The notes below the pieces were generated by a model. That model made no database searches. It saw only the letters and a program-made list of their open reading frames with translations, and was not told the origin of the DNA. The position numbers and the translations under genes are program-made. Positions 27,038 through 38,032 of a stretch of 64,000 bases of DNA are shown one piece after another. The DNA is from Takakia lepidozioides (Eukaryota; Plantae; Bryophyta). The first letter of the stretch is position 1, and each line of letters begins with the position of its first letter. Location of the stretch: NCBI GenBank assembly GCA_030704615.1, contig CM060732.1, forward strand, positions 6,262,001 to 6,326,000, given 5' to 3'.

Positions 27038-30000
27038 CTAATCCAAAGATTCCCTGCTTTCTGCAGCTGCAATCTCAGTATCAATGGTGGGAATCAGTGT
27101 TTGCGCAACTCGTCTGGCAACTGAAAGCATGTCTGTCAAAATACTGGGATCCAGCCCCGCAGCACCCCGCTTCGTGAGTCCACAAATGACTCCCTTTCTA
27201 TTGACCGCCACTGACACTGCGGAAGTCATCTGCGACTCTTCCTCTGCTGTTGCATCCACAATATAGTGCCTCCACACCTCCACAATGACCATAAACCATA
27301 CACTGTCAGATGCACGTGTGGAATTTTAAACCTCATAAAGAATGTCATAATGAGGATAGAAAAAAGAAGGGATTTGACTAACAGGGTTTGTATCACACTC
27401 CTCGCATCCATGGGAAAGGATATCGGGAAACTCTCATCCAAGTGTTGGTCAAGGTATCTTGTAATCTCCTCCGTCTATGTGTGACCATCCAGCAATGCAC
27501 AGCAGAGCCCAGCTGTCATGGTCGAGGCTTGCTTGAACCAGTTCAACCAAGAAAAGTGCAATTCTCTGTGAATGCTTGCATCTTTATCTTTGCAGGGTAC
27601 TGCCCTTCCTGCAGCTAGTTATGGGGTCTTCCCCCACCAGCATGTGAAATGATCCCAGAATTGCTCTCATGCACAACCAATGACGATGTGCTGACAATGT
27701 CAATTACAGGTTGATTGAGGGACTGGAAGCATGATGGTGTTTCCAAATGCCCAACAAATCTTTGACTCTGGTTGCACTGCAAGGGAGACATTGTATGCAA
27801 AGTGAGCAAGGAGGAGTCGCTAACCTTGGTGAGAGTGATGATGACTGGAACGCCCAATGTGTCCAACCGAGAGAAGTCTTCAGGGTCATCGTTCACATCC
27901 AATTCAGGATCCTGGTCAGCTCCTGTCCCACTCAAGACTTCCACCTTTGGAAGGCCTGTGTTGCTCAGCGCTGCCTAGTATCATTAGAGAAGTTATGTCA
28001 CAGTCCAGACGATACAAAACAGAGTACTACATCAACGAAGTGAAATGAACTGTAAGGATTTCAGTACAGCCTAAACTCGGATTTTGAAAGCTCGTTGCTA
28101 CTAGGGCTGTCTAATGGTGGAGCCAACGCAGTAAAAACTTCCACCATATAATTTGAGACAAGAAAACAATTGAACAAAGTAGGGCGACAGATCTCAGATA
28201 TAACTGGGAAACGAAAGGTCCCATCATGGACAACAAGATAAAGCAAGAGGGATAGAAAGCGACGACCTTGATTGCAATTGACAAAGCATCCAAAAGGTTC
28301 CCATCAGAGCTCAGTACCAGCCCATCAATATACAACAGCCAACAGACTTTCCCCTCCACCAACCGAAGGGCTGAAAGGTCGATAGCTGCACCTGCAATCG
28401 TCCATCCACCGACAAATTCTATCTCAACTCAACCTTTTTATCCTTGTCTATATTTGTGTGGCACTAGACTGAAATTTAAACTCAGGGCTGGAAGCCTACC
28501 TTTGAACAGCAAACAGACTCAGAGAGGAAAGGGGGATTGCAAATGCACGTTGTGTGGGCAACCTCAAGACAACATCCCCTTTCTGATTCATTGTCCTGGG
28601 TACTCTCACCAGAGAGAGACCCTCTTCAAATCCATCAATGGAATTGTTCCTGTACCTCTGTTTACCAACTTAATCTCGAGGCTGGGCCAAAAGCCCAGGC
28701 CCTTTTGGGGATCTAGTTATTGAGCAAATCACACACAGCAGATTGATGTTGTGTGAAGGGATTTCTAGAGGATATCTGGAAAACTCGGATCAATTGTCTG
28801 TTTCAAGGTAACTCATACTACCGGCGTCAGCCCCTGACAAAAGTAGTTTCTGTCCCTTTGTGTCCGCTCAAACTGGGCGCGGGGTCAATGGCCACAAGGT
28901 CGTCTTATGAGTACATTTCTATATTTGTGTGCTTGTGCCCTCCCCCCCATGCCTGTGTGTGTGAAGATAGCAGTGGACCTCATCCTCTCTAGTATGAAGT
29001 CAGTCCCACTGTGTACAGCAAGCATGTCTACTTACCAGGTGCATCATGGTGCTTGGATATTTGAGAAGGATTTTGAATTTGGAAATCTTTCAGAAATTCC
29101 TTGAGGTCCTGGACAACTATGTTGTGTGCCTCCCTGTGCCTTGCCTTCTACACAGAAAACATCACAGCTAATGCTGAAAAATGCAACAAAGGAAAATGTC
29201 AGCACACTGTTTACCAGCACCATTGGGACCACCAAGTAAACTTCGTTCCAAAGCTCTTGAAAGTTCCAGAGACAGATCCTCTCCTCCTCTTCCCTGCAAT
29301 TTAGACACAGTACGTTTCACTCTTCCCTCTTCACTCTTCATTCTACAGTGATTGCACACTGGAGGTGCATGTAAACTATTACACAGACACCATTGCTTTG
29401 CAGCCAGTTCTGACACTTCACAATTGGATTGGACACACAAAAGCAAAAATGAGCCAACTGATGACCAAAAAACTGCTGGGATTCAACAGGAAATACTGCT
29501 TCATTATTTAGCAACAGCAACATGGGTCCAAGACAGAAAGACCAATCACAGCCAGTGTGAGTGAAGACATTGCTATTAACAGCTAGTTGAGGAAGAACAA
29601 ACCTCAAACTCTGGTGCTGCTGTTGGGGAGCATTCAACCGCAATATGCAGGCTACCATGGTTAGGCCTACCTGCAGGAGGCCTTCCCAACTCTGCCTGTG
29701 ATATCCACCCTTCCAGATCAGTTCACACACATACATTCAATCTTTCCTGACCCTCTTCTTCCTCTTGTTACGCCTGAACTGGGCGCGGGGTCTATGGCCC
29801 CACGGCTACGGCAAACAACATCTTGTGAGTACATCCTAACCTCTTCCTGTGCCTTCAGAATCGCAATTAAGATGGAAACCAACTAAGATGAATATGTTGT
29901 TAGGATTCAGGGTCAAAAGTACCGCAAGCTACCTTTACACTGGCTATCACGTCCGTTGCTCCCAGTCTGCACCTTGAAGACCCATTTGCCTGACCCCAGC

Positions 30001-31796
30001 CAAACCATCCCATAAGTGATGCCTTCCTAGCCAGCATTTAGAGTTGCACTGGATCAATTTCTAAATTTGTGAAACTGAAGAACACTTCTTTTATTGCCTC
30101 TGTACTATGAGATCCGTGGGAGATTCCACTGTCTATTGCGTGGGACTCAAACTCTCACTGAAGTCTTTCATAATAGGATCAGAAATGCTTGGCAGCTTAC
30201 CTCCACGAGGCCTTGACCCTTAGGCAATCCCTTGAGCAGTAGTTACTTTTGGGTTGCTTTTTGGCTTTGGTTGTCTCCTCTCTCTTGTTTTTTCCATTTT
30301 GTCCCATAAGTTGAGCTTTCCACGGACGTTATAAAGTACCATTTCATTTCATTTTATTTACCAAATTTGAGAAAGACCAAACACAAAAACTTTAATCAAA
30401 CCACATTTTTTATTTCCTGACTCACCGAAGGTGACTCAATCACAGTGGCATCTTTCTCAGTACCCAGTTGCACTCAGACTACAGGTCAATAGTAACCTCA
30501 GTTGAGGTTTGACTGCACTCATACAAATCTACTATGAAGAGTTGAGAAGCTGCAGCTTGTCAGAAAATACTGGCATTCTGCAAAGTCACAGGAAGAGCTG
30601 GTCATAGTTTCCTCTCTCCACAAGAATCCCTTGTAGCCACAAAAACTTTAGAAAGCAAGGTTTTTTCTGGCACAACCTCAATGTCAGCTGAAATCAAAGG
30701 TAGATCTAGCAGGGACACAGTTGGCTCTGTCAGCTATTCTAGGCCAAATTTTTGATAATTGCACTGATAGGGTTGCCAATTTAGTACTTGCATTTTCACA
30801 AAGCTGCAGCAATGTCTACTGAAAACTGGCAAAGGGAAGCAGGCCATTGGACCAACTGTATTTAAGTATTATTGCTCTGGTTGTGGATCCGAATATACTG
30901 GAGAATGTCAACTTATAGAAGAAATAAGCCAGAGAGAATATCAGATAGCTAGTGTATCAAGAGGACGTAAAGAGGGAAACATGCTGAGTCTTGTCCCCAT
31001 GTACTAGTGCTGTTTCAAAAGTGTGGATATGCACTTTTGATCTGGAAACTCACAGATGCAGAGGTCTACAAGGTTGGATCAACTGGTACTTTCATTAAGT
31101 TTGCAATGTACTTGTAGGAAGTAGCACATTTGCAAGAGGTTCTGCTTGCAAACGAATCCATGTGAGTTTATATTCTGCTTGGCTCCAATACAAAGCCAGG
31201 AATCAATTTGAAAAAAATTCAGAAAGAGATTGTATATAGGGCACAAATCTCTTTGGAAGTTGTTCTATCTTCCCAACGCTGGTGCTGCTATGAACTCCAG
31301 CTCACAGGATGCCTAGATCAGCACATTTGGCTGGTGAAAAAATTGGCCTGCAAATAACCTCAACACCTTCAGCCTGGGTGTAGAAGACTTAGAAATATTG
31401 TGACAAGACTCATCCTGCCCACTAGCCTTCGTTCAGCCAATCTGGTCCACATCTGCAGCCAATCGCTAACCATCAACCACAATTCAATGCTCGTGTACAG
31501 GTTTACAGCAAATCTTGCTGTCCCCTTTCCACAAGGAATTCCCCGCACTGATTTGTGCTGGATCAATTGGTTCTACGGACTGTAGTTAAGGTGAAGTTCT
31601 GGTAGTGAAAGTTATGGAAATAAAGAGAGACGACCCATCAGCACAGAGAGAGAGAGTGAGAGAGAGAGACCTGTGGGATGACGCCAGTTTCAATGGAGAA
31701 GGTGCGAAAATGGTGCCGACCGCGGCCATCCGAGCGCAAGTCCTGCGATATGCCTCCCTCTATGAACCGCACCTCACCTGCAGATAATCCTCCCAT
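27038..31796 (-). CDS. RRP42: Exosome complex component RRP42 (EXOSC7, RNase PH-like), 7 exons
   Basis: MGGLSAGEVRFIEGGISQDLRSDGRGR, ANGSSRCRLGATDVIASVK, AVECSPTAAPEFEGRGGEDLS, GKVCWLLYIDGLVLSSDGNLLDA, HYIVDATAEEESQM. Approximate exons: 31796-31671, 29989-29933, 29695-29603, 29293-29215, 28391-28267, 27974-27825, 27277-27038. Confidence 0.95.
28461..28917 (+). mobile_element. 5'-truncated LINE (ORF2 C-terminal zinc-knuckle region plus 3' UTR) in an RRP42 intron
   Basis: Translates as KLRAGSLPL...CTLCGQPQDNIPFLIHCPGYSHQR...GFLEDIWKTR, typical of a non-LTR ORF2 C-terminus. 14-bp TSD TCTATATTTGTGTG (28447-28460 and 28918-28931). Confidence 0.85.
29760..29833 (+). mobile_element. Short LINE 3'-end copy in an RRP42 intron
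   Basis: AACTGGGCGCGGGGTCTATGGCC...CTACGGCAAACAAC...TGAGTACA matches the other two copies. Degenerate TSD TCCTGACCCTCTTC / TCCTAACCTCTTC. Confidence 0.7.
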
Positions 31797-31841
31797 CTCC
31801 ACAGCACGATCCTCACTACACCATGGCATTTACTTGTCTCC

Positions 31842-31934
31842 AGGGTTTAGGGTTTAGTGCGCCCCACCAAAGCGCATTTAGCGAGGCTGGCCATTTGCCG
31901 GCAAATCTGCAATCAAGGGCTTATTAGGGTTTAG
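31842..31934 (-). promoter_or_regulatory. Telo-box elements (AAACCCTA) upstream of RRP42
   Basis: AGGGTTTAGGGTTTAG at 31842-31857 and TAGGGTTTAG at 31925-31934, 50-140 bp upstream of the ATG. Telo-boxes are typical of plant rRNA-processing and translation genes. Confidence 0.65.
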
Positions 31935-34900
31935 CCCGACCCCAATTTCGAATTTTGAATCTCGAATCAAATTTGAGAATTTCGATCAAAAATTTGGTGG
32001 ACACCTGGCACCTGCGCTCAGAGATAACGGGCGCTGAGGCAGCAACCCAACCGCTCTGTTAGGTTTCTGTCAACGGGGACCACAACACAGTAACGGAACG
32101 GAATCTCAAGTGGGGCCGTTACAGATCCTGTCCCATAGTCCTTCTGGACGCATCTTTTGGAATGCTTTGGCAGCGATGGTTATCCATAGCGGATGAGCTC
32201 GTTTTCTCATCCGAGATCTGTGCATATCCATCCACTTTCATTCCTGTGCCCCCCGGTCATGTCGGGTAACCTTGTGTGAGTCCATGGATGACAAGCCACG
32301 TCACCCACCTTAGCCCGGAACAAATTTGATCGCTTTCGCCCAAATTGGGCCCAGGTATTATACGCGCATACACCGTACAACAGTAAGTGACGTGAATCAC
32401 TAGCGCATTATTGTGGCCTGTCGGAACGTTCTCGTCAGAGGAATGGATGATAAAAAATACGTGATGAATGCCCATGTATATCGTCTAACAGCTTTTCATT
32501 CGTTCTACACCAGAGCTGAGTACCGATGTATTAAATACTTGTCGGATGAGGGGACACAGAGGTCGCATTTGGGCCTCGACATAGGAGACGCACTTGGATA
32601 CATAGGGGATTGCACTTGGACTTAGATGACACTTGACACTTGGGCCAACGGCACAGGCTACCTTAGAGATGTCCCAAACCGCGGGCCCCAGCCCTAGTGC
32701 TTGGTACCGTTGGAAAGCCCTCCACGAGGAGAGGTGCAAGGGCTTGGTCTCATGATTTTTGGACCTGCGGTGTGGGAGATGTGGAATTCCAAGTACTTTT
32801 GGTAGCTGGAAATTCATAAAAAACATAGCAAAAATGGCAAGGGCATTCCTAGGACAATGGTTGGAGCCTCGAGGGGAGAGATATCAAGGGAAAGATCTCC
32901 GGTTCAAATCTGGTCGTAGGCTTTGTGGAAAAAAAAATTGATTAGATATGGCTTGCTTCATATATTGATGCACTTGGACTTAGATGACATTTGACACTTG
33001 GGTCAACGGCATAGGCTACCCTAGGGCCAAGAGGTTGCACTTGGGCCTCGACATAGGAGACACACTTGGATACATAGGAAATTGGACTTGGGCTTAGATG
33101 ATAGTGGACAATTGGGGCTAGGAGATGCACTTGGATACATGAATAGAAAATTGCACTTGGGCTTAGATAGGCCTCGACATAGGAAACTTGGATACATTGG
33201 AAATTACACTTGGTCTTAGATTTCAATTCCTTACATATGGGGCAAACGACATAGGCTACACTAGAGGCCGCACTTGGGCCTCGACATAGCCTACGCACTG
33301 GGATACGTAGAAGATCTTACACTTGGGCTTAGATGACAGTGGACACTTGGGCCAACGGCACAGGCTACCATAGAGGTCGCGCTTGGGCCTCGACATAGGA
33401 GACACAGTGGGAATTCTTCACACTCGGCCAACGGCATAGGCTACACTAGAGGTCGCACTTGGGCCTCGACATAGGATATACACTAGGATACATAGGAGAT
33501 CTTACACTTGGGGGCTTAGATGACACTGGACACTTGGGCCAACTGCAGATGCTACCCTAGAGGTTGCATTTGGGCCTTGACATAGGAGACGCACTTGGAT
33601 ACATTGGGGATTGCACACTAGGCTTAGATAGGCCTCGACATAGGAGACACACATGGGAGATGCCTTTGGATACATAGGAGACACACTTGGATACATAGGA
33701 GATTGCACTTGGGCTTAGATGACACTGGACACTTTGGACACTTGGGCCAACGGCACAGGCTACCCTAGTGTCATCTAAGTCCAAATGCATTTTTTTTCCA
33801 CATAGCCTACGATCAGATTTGAACCGGAGACCTTTCCCTTGACATCTCTCCTGTCGAGGCTCCAATCATTGTTCCGGGAATGCCCACTTTGCTATTTTTC
33901 CCGAATTTCCGACGACCAAAAGTACTTGAAATTCCACATCTCCCACACCGCACATCCAAAAATCATGAGACCAAGCCAATGCACCCCTCCTCATCGAGGG
34001 CTTTCCAACGGTACCAAGCACCAGGGCTGGGGCCCGCGGTTTGGGACATCTCTAAGGTAGCCTGTGCCGTTGGCCCAAGTGTCAAGTGTCATCTAAGTCC
34101 AAGTGCAATCCCCTATGTATCCAAGTGCGTCTCCTATGTCGAGGCCCAAATGCGACCTCTAGGGTAGCCTGTGCCATTGGCCCAAGTGTCCACTGTTATC
34201 TAAGTCCAAGTGTAAGATCTTAATCTAAGACCAAGTGCAATTTCCTATGTATCCAAGTGCGTCTCCTATGTCGAGGCCAATCTAAGTCCAAGTGCAATCC
34301 CCTACGTAGCCAAGTGCGTCTCATATATATGTCGAGGCCCAAATGTGACCTCTAGGGTAACCCGTGTCGTTGGCCCAAGTGTCAAGTGTCATCTAAGTCA
34401 CACTGCAATCCCCTATGTATCCAAGTGTGTCTCCTATGTCGAGGCCCAAAAGCGACCTCTAGGGTAGCATGTGCCGTTGGCCCAAGTGTCCAATGTCATC
34501 TAAGTAAGTTTTTTTTCCATAGAGCCTACGATCAGATTTGAACCGGATACCTTTTCCTTGATATCTCTCCTGTCGAGGCTCCAACCATTGTCCCATTAAT
34601 GCCCACTTTGCCATTTTTGCTATTCTTTGTGAATTTCCATTGACCAAAAGCACTTGGAATTCGACATCTCCCACACCGCAGGTCCAAAAATCGCGAGACC
34701 AAGCCCGTGCACCCCTCCTCGTCGAGGGCTTTCCAACGGTACCATGCACTAGGGCTGGGGCCTTGCGGTTTGGGACATCTCAATGTGACAAAACAAAACA
34801 AACGTCTTGCTTTCATAGATTGATTGGACACTTGGGCCAATGGCATAGGCTACCCTAGAGACGGGAGATATATCAATAATGATTGGATATTACTACTCAA

Positions 34901-36197
34901 TAAATTCATGAAAAAAAGTAAATGGGGCCTTGACATGGGAGACGTACTTGGATACATAGGAGATTGCACACTGGGCTTAGATGGGCCTCGACATAGGAGA
35001 CGCACTTGGATACATAGGATATCGCACTTGGGCTTAGATGACATTGGACACTTGGGCCTCTACATAGGAGATGCACTTGGGCTTAGATGACATTGGACAC
35101 TTGGGCCTCTACATAGGAGATGCACTTGGGCTTAGATGGGCCTCGACATAGGAGACACACAGGGATTCATAAGAATTCCAAGTACTTTTGGTCGCTGGAA
35201 ATTCACAAAAAAATAGCAAAAATGGCAAAGTTTAGGGCTCTCTCTGGAAAAAATATATATATATGATCAGATATGGGATTGCACTTGGACTTAGATGACA
35301 CTGGACACTTGGGCCTGTACATGGGAGATGCACTTGGATACATGAATAGAAGATTGCCCTTGGGCTTAGATTTCAATTCTTCACACATGGGCCAACGGCA
35401 TAGGCTACACTAGAGGTCGCACTTGGGCCTCGACATAGGAGACCCACTTGGATACATAAGAAATTGCACTTGGGCTTAGATTTTAGTTCTTCACACATGG
35501 GCCTTGACATAGGAGACGCTACTTGAATACATAGGGGATTGCACTTGGACTTAGATTTCAATTCTTAACACATGGGCCAATGGCGCAGGTTACCCTAGGC
35601 CTAGATCTCCCAAACAGGAGGGTCTCTAGATACATAGGGGATTGCACTTGGACTTAGATGACACTGGACACTTGGGCCAACGGCACAAGCTACCCTAGTC
35701 AATATATGAAGGAAGTCAGTTTGTTTGTTTGTTTATTTGTTTGTTTTGTTTTGTTTTGTAGTTGAGATGTCCCAAACCGCGAGGCCCCAGCCCTGGTACG
35801 TGGTACCATTGGAAAGCCCTCAATGAGGAGGGGTGCACGGGCTTGGTCTCATAATTTTTGGACCTACGGTGTGGGAGATGTGGAATTCCAAGTACTTTTG
35901 GTCGCTGGAAATTCATGAAAAATAGCAAAATGGGCATTCATGGGACAATGGTTGGAGCCTCGACAGGAGAGATATCAAGGGAAAGGTCTCCAGTTCAAAT
36001 GGGTGATTACAACTTACAGTGTCCATTTTTTGCTGTCACAACACTGTTTTTTTCAGACATAGGATAGTGGTAAATTATCATACTCCTACATGACAATACC
36101 ATCAATAAAAAGGGACTAACATATAGAGGCTCATCTACATATACTTTCACACTTTTAAATCTCATTATCAAAAACCAGAATCTCTAGATGTTATGGA

Positions 36198-36367
36198 AAA
36201 GTATGACGCCTCCGAAGGGAGCGTAACTTATGGTGTCACTTCACCGCAAGGGCTATTGCCTTCCAGCTGAAAGGTGGACACCTTCATAACACACCAAACC
36301 GTGGTTTGAACCCACAACCACAGCCAACGTGGTATGTGCCCATTACCACTGGGCTACATGCTGGTTG
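36198..36367 (-). mobile_element. tRNA-derived SINE, copy 1
   Basis: On the minus strand: A-box TAGCCCAGTGG, B-box GGTTCAAACC and a T-rich 3' end. 15-bp TSD TCTAGATGTTATGGA (36183-36197 and 36368-36382). Confidence 0.88.
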
Positions 36368-37071
36368 TCTAGATGTTATGGACTTTTAAATGGAAGTCAC
36401 TTTTAAGTTACTTTTAAAATGAATTGTCACAGTCCATAAAAAAAGACGTTATGGACTTTTTTAATATAGGAGTTAGAACAAAGTTAAGAAAATTGACTCT
36501 CTCAAACTTGCTTTGGAGAATGAGGAATCTGGAATGAAAACTATCATTCAAAAATATGAAGTTAAAAAAAAAATTATGTACTATTTTGAGCCTCAAAAAT
36601 AGCTATTTTCATAAAATCCTTTATGACTAAATTCTTTCGAAATAACAAAACTTTTTTATTAGACGCATTCATTCACCATAAATGCACAGTTGAGTATGAT
36701 CAAATTTCAAAAAACAACTTGTGAATTGATATTATTGCAATTTGAAAATCTTGGTTTTAACACTCAATAATAGGCGGTCAAGATTGTCACTTGAAGCAAA
36801 TCCGATGGTTGAGGATTCGCCACATCCTCCTTTATGTACTCTTTATGTACTCATGATCTGCCGTTTTTTGTCCACTCTAGTTTGCAATCACCCAAATCTG
36901 GTCGTAGGCTCTGTGGAAAAAAAATGCATTTGGACTTAGATGACATTGGACACTTGGGCCAATGGCACATGCTACCCTAGAGACGGGAGATATATCAATA
37001 ATGATAGGATATATTACTACTCAATAAATTCATGGAAAAAAACTAATCGGACCTTGACAAAGGAGATGTAA

Positions 37072-37242
37072 AAGTATGACACCTCCCGAAGGGAGCGTAA
37101 CTTATGGTGTCTCTTCACCACAAGGGCTACTGCCTTCCAGCTGAAATGTGGACACCTTCATGACACACCAGACCGTGGTTTGAACCCACAACCACATCCA
37201 ACGTGGTATGTGCCCATTACCACTGGGCTACATGCTCGTTGT
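37072..37242 (-). mobile_element. tRNA-derived SINE, copy 2
   Basis: Highly similar to copy 1. TSD GGAGATGTAA / GGAGACGTAA (37062-37071 and 37246-37255), inserted into a satellite unit. Confidence 0.85.
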
Positions 37243-38032
37243 TTGGGAGACGTAATTGGATACATAGGAGACTAGGGCTTCGCGTTGCTCCGCACTACTA
37301 GCGACGAATTCTGAGAACTACATTCAAGTTTCACAAAAAGGGTTGCATCTCTAAGTGGACATGCCACGGATACTTAACAAATACAATCGGATTTTCATGG
37401 GTTCATGCTACATCCAAACTATATTTGTGTCATGGTACGCTTCTGAAGTATTATTACAATAGTTTTTTTTTTTTTTTCTTAAAGGAAACACCTGGGAGCA
37501 ACAGCTCACAAATCAGGCCCCTTGATAGTGAGAGGATAAAATAACCTCTTTCACAGGGGGAATGCTTGCGCGTGAGCCTGGTCGCGTGAGCCTGTGAGCC
37601 TGTGAGCCTGGCTAGGCTCACGCCACGTCAGCAATCATCCACGTGTGCAGGGCCTAATTTCGTGCTTCCCCCCCCTATTACCGCGGATCGGTTGTCGCGC
37701 CTGTCCTTATTTTTTTATCCCTCTTCATCGCCCCCACATGAATATTCTTTCCGACCGAGAACTATGGTAGGTTTGTGGATGGTTTAGGATCGAGGACATG
37801 ATTTTTGAATGAGGAGATCGTCCGCTAGAGAATTGAATATTAATAGCAAACCCTTTCTTTTGCAAAGTAGTTCATTCATTCCAACCCACAAACATTTTTC
37901 AATGTCGGAATCTGAAGACCTACCCCAGGCAATCCCTAACTGTACTTACGGGAACGCGCGAAGAACTTGAAAAACAGTTTGGGGATGGAAGCAAAACCAA
38001 AACACATTTTATGAAGTCTCGGTACTTGAACC

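Larger units (their letters stand above)
32560..37275. repeat. Complex modular satellite / TE-derived repeat block with orientation switches
   Basis: Dozens of shuffled short units (GGCCTCGACATAGGAGACGCACTTGGATACATAGG; GCACTTGGRCTTAGATGACA; CTTGGGCCAACGGCAYAGGCTACCCTAG). A module of about 270 bp occurs at about 32666 (+), 33790-34052 (-), 34510-34782 (-) and 35765 (+). Confidence 0.9.

Noticed and set aside
31842-31934. Interstitial telomere
   Set aside because: Only 1-2 TTTAGGG units in a promoter position; better explained as telo-boxes.
32485-36067. Many short ORFs with repeated peptides (e.g. SPMYPSASPM)
   Set aside because: Translations of satellite units, with no coding evidence.
36260-36367. 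Functional tRNA gene
   Set aside because: A and B boxes are present, but I see no convincing cloverleaf. The unit has an unrelated 3' body, TSDs and a second copy, so it is a SINE.
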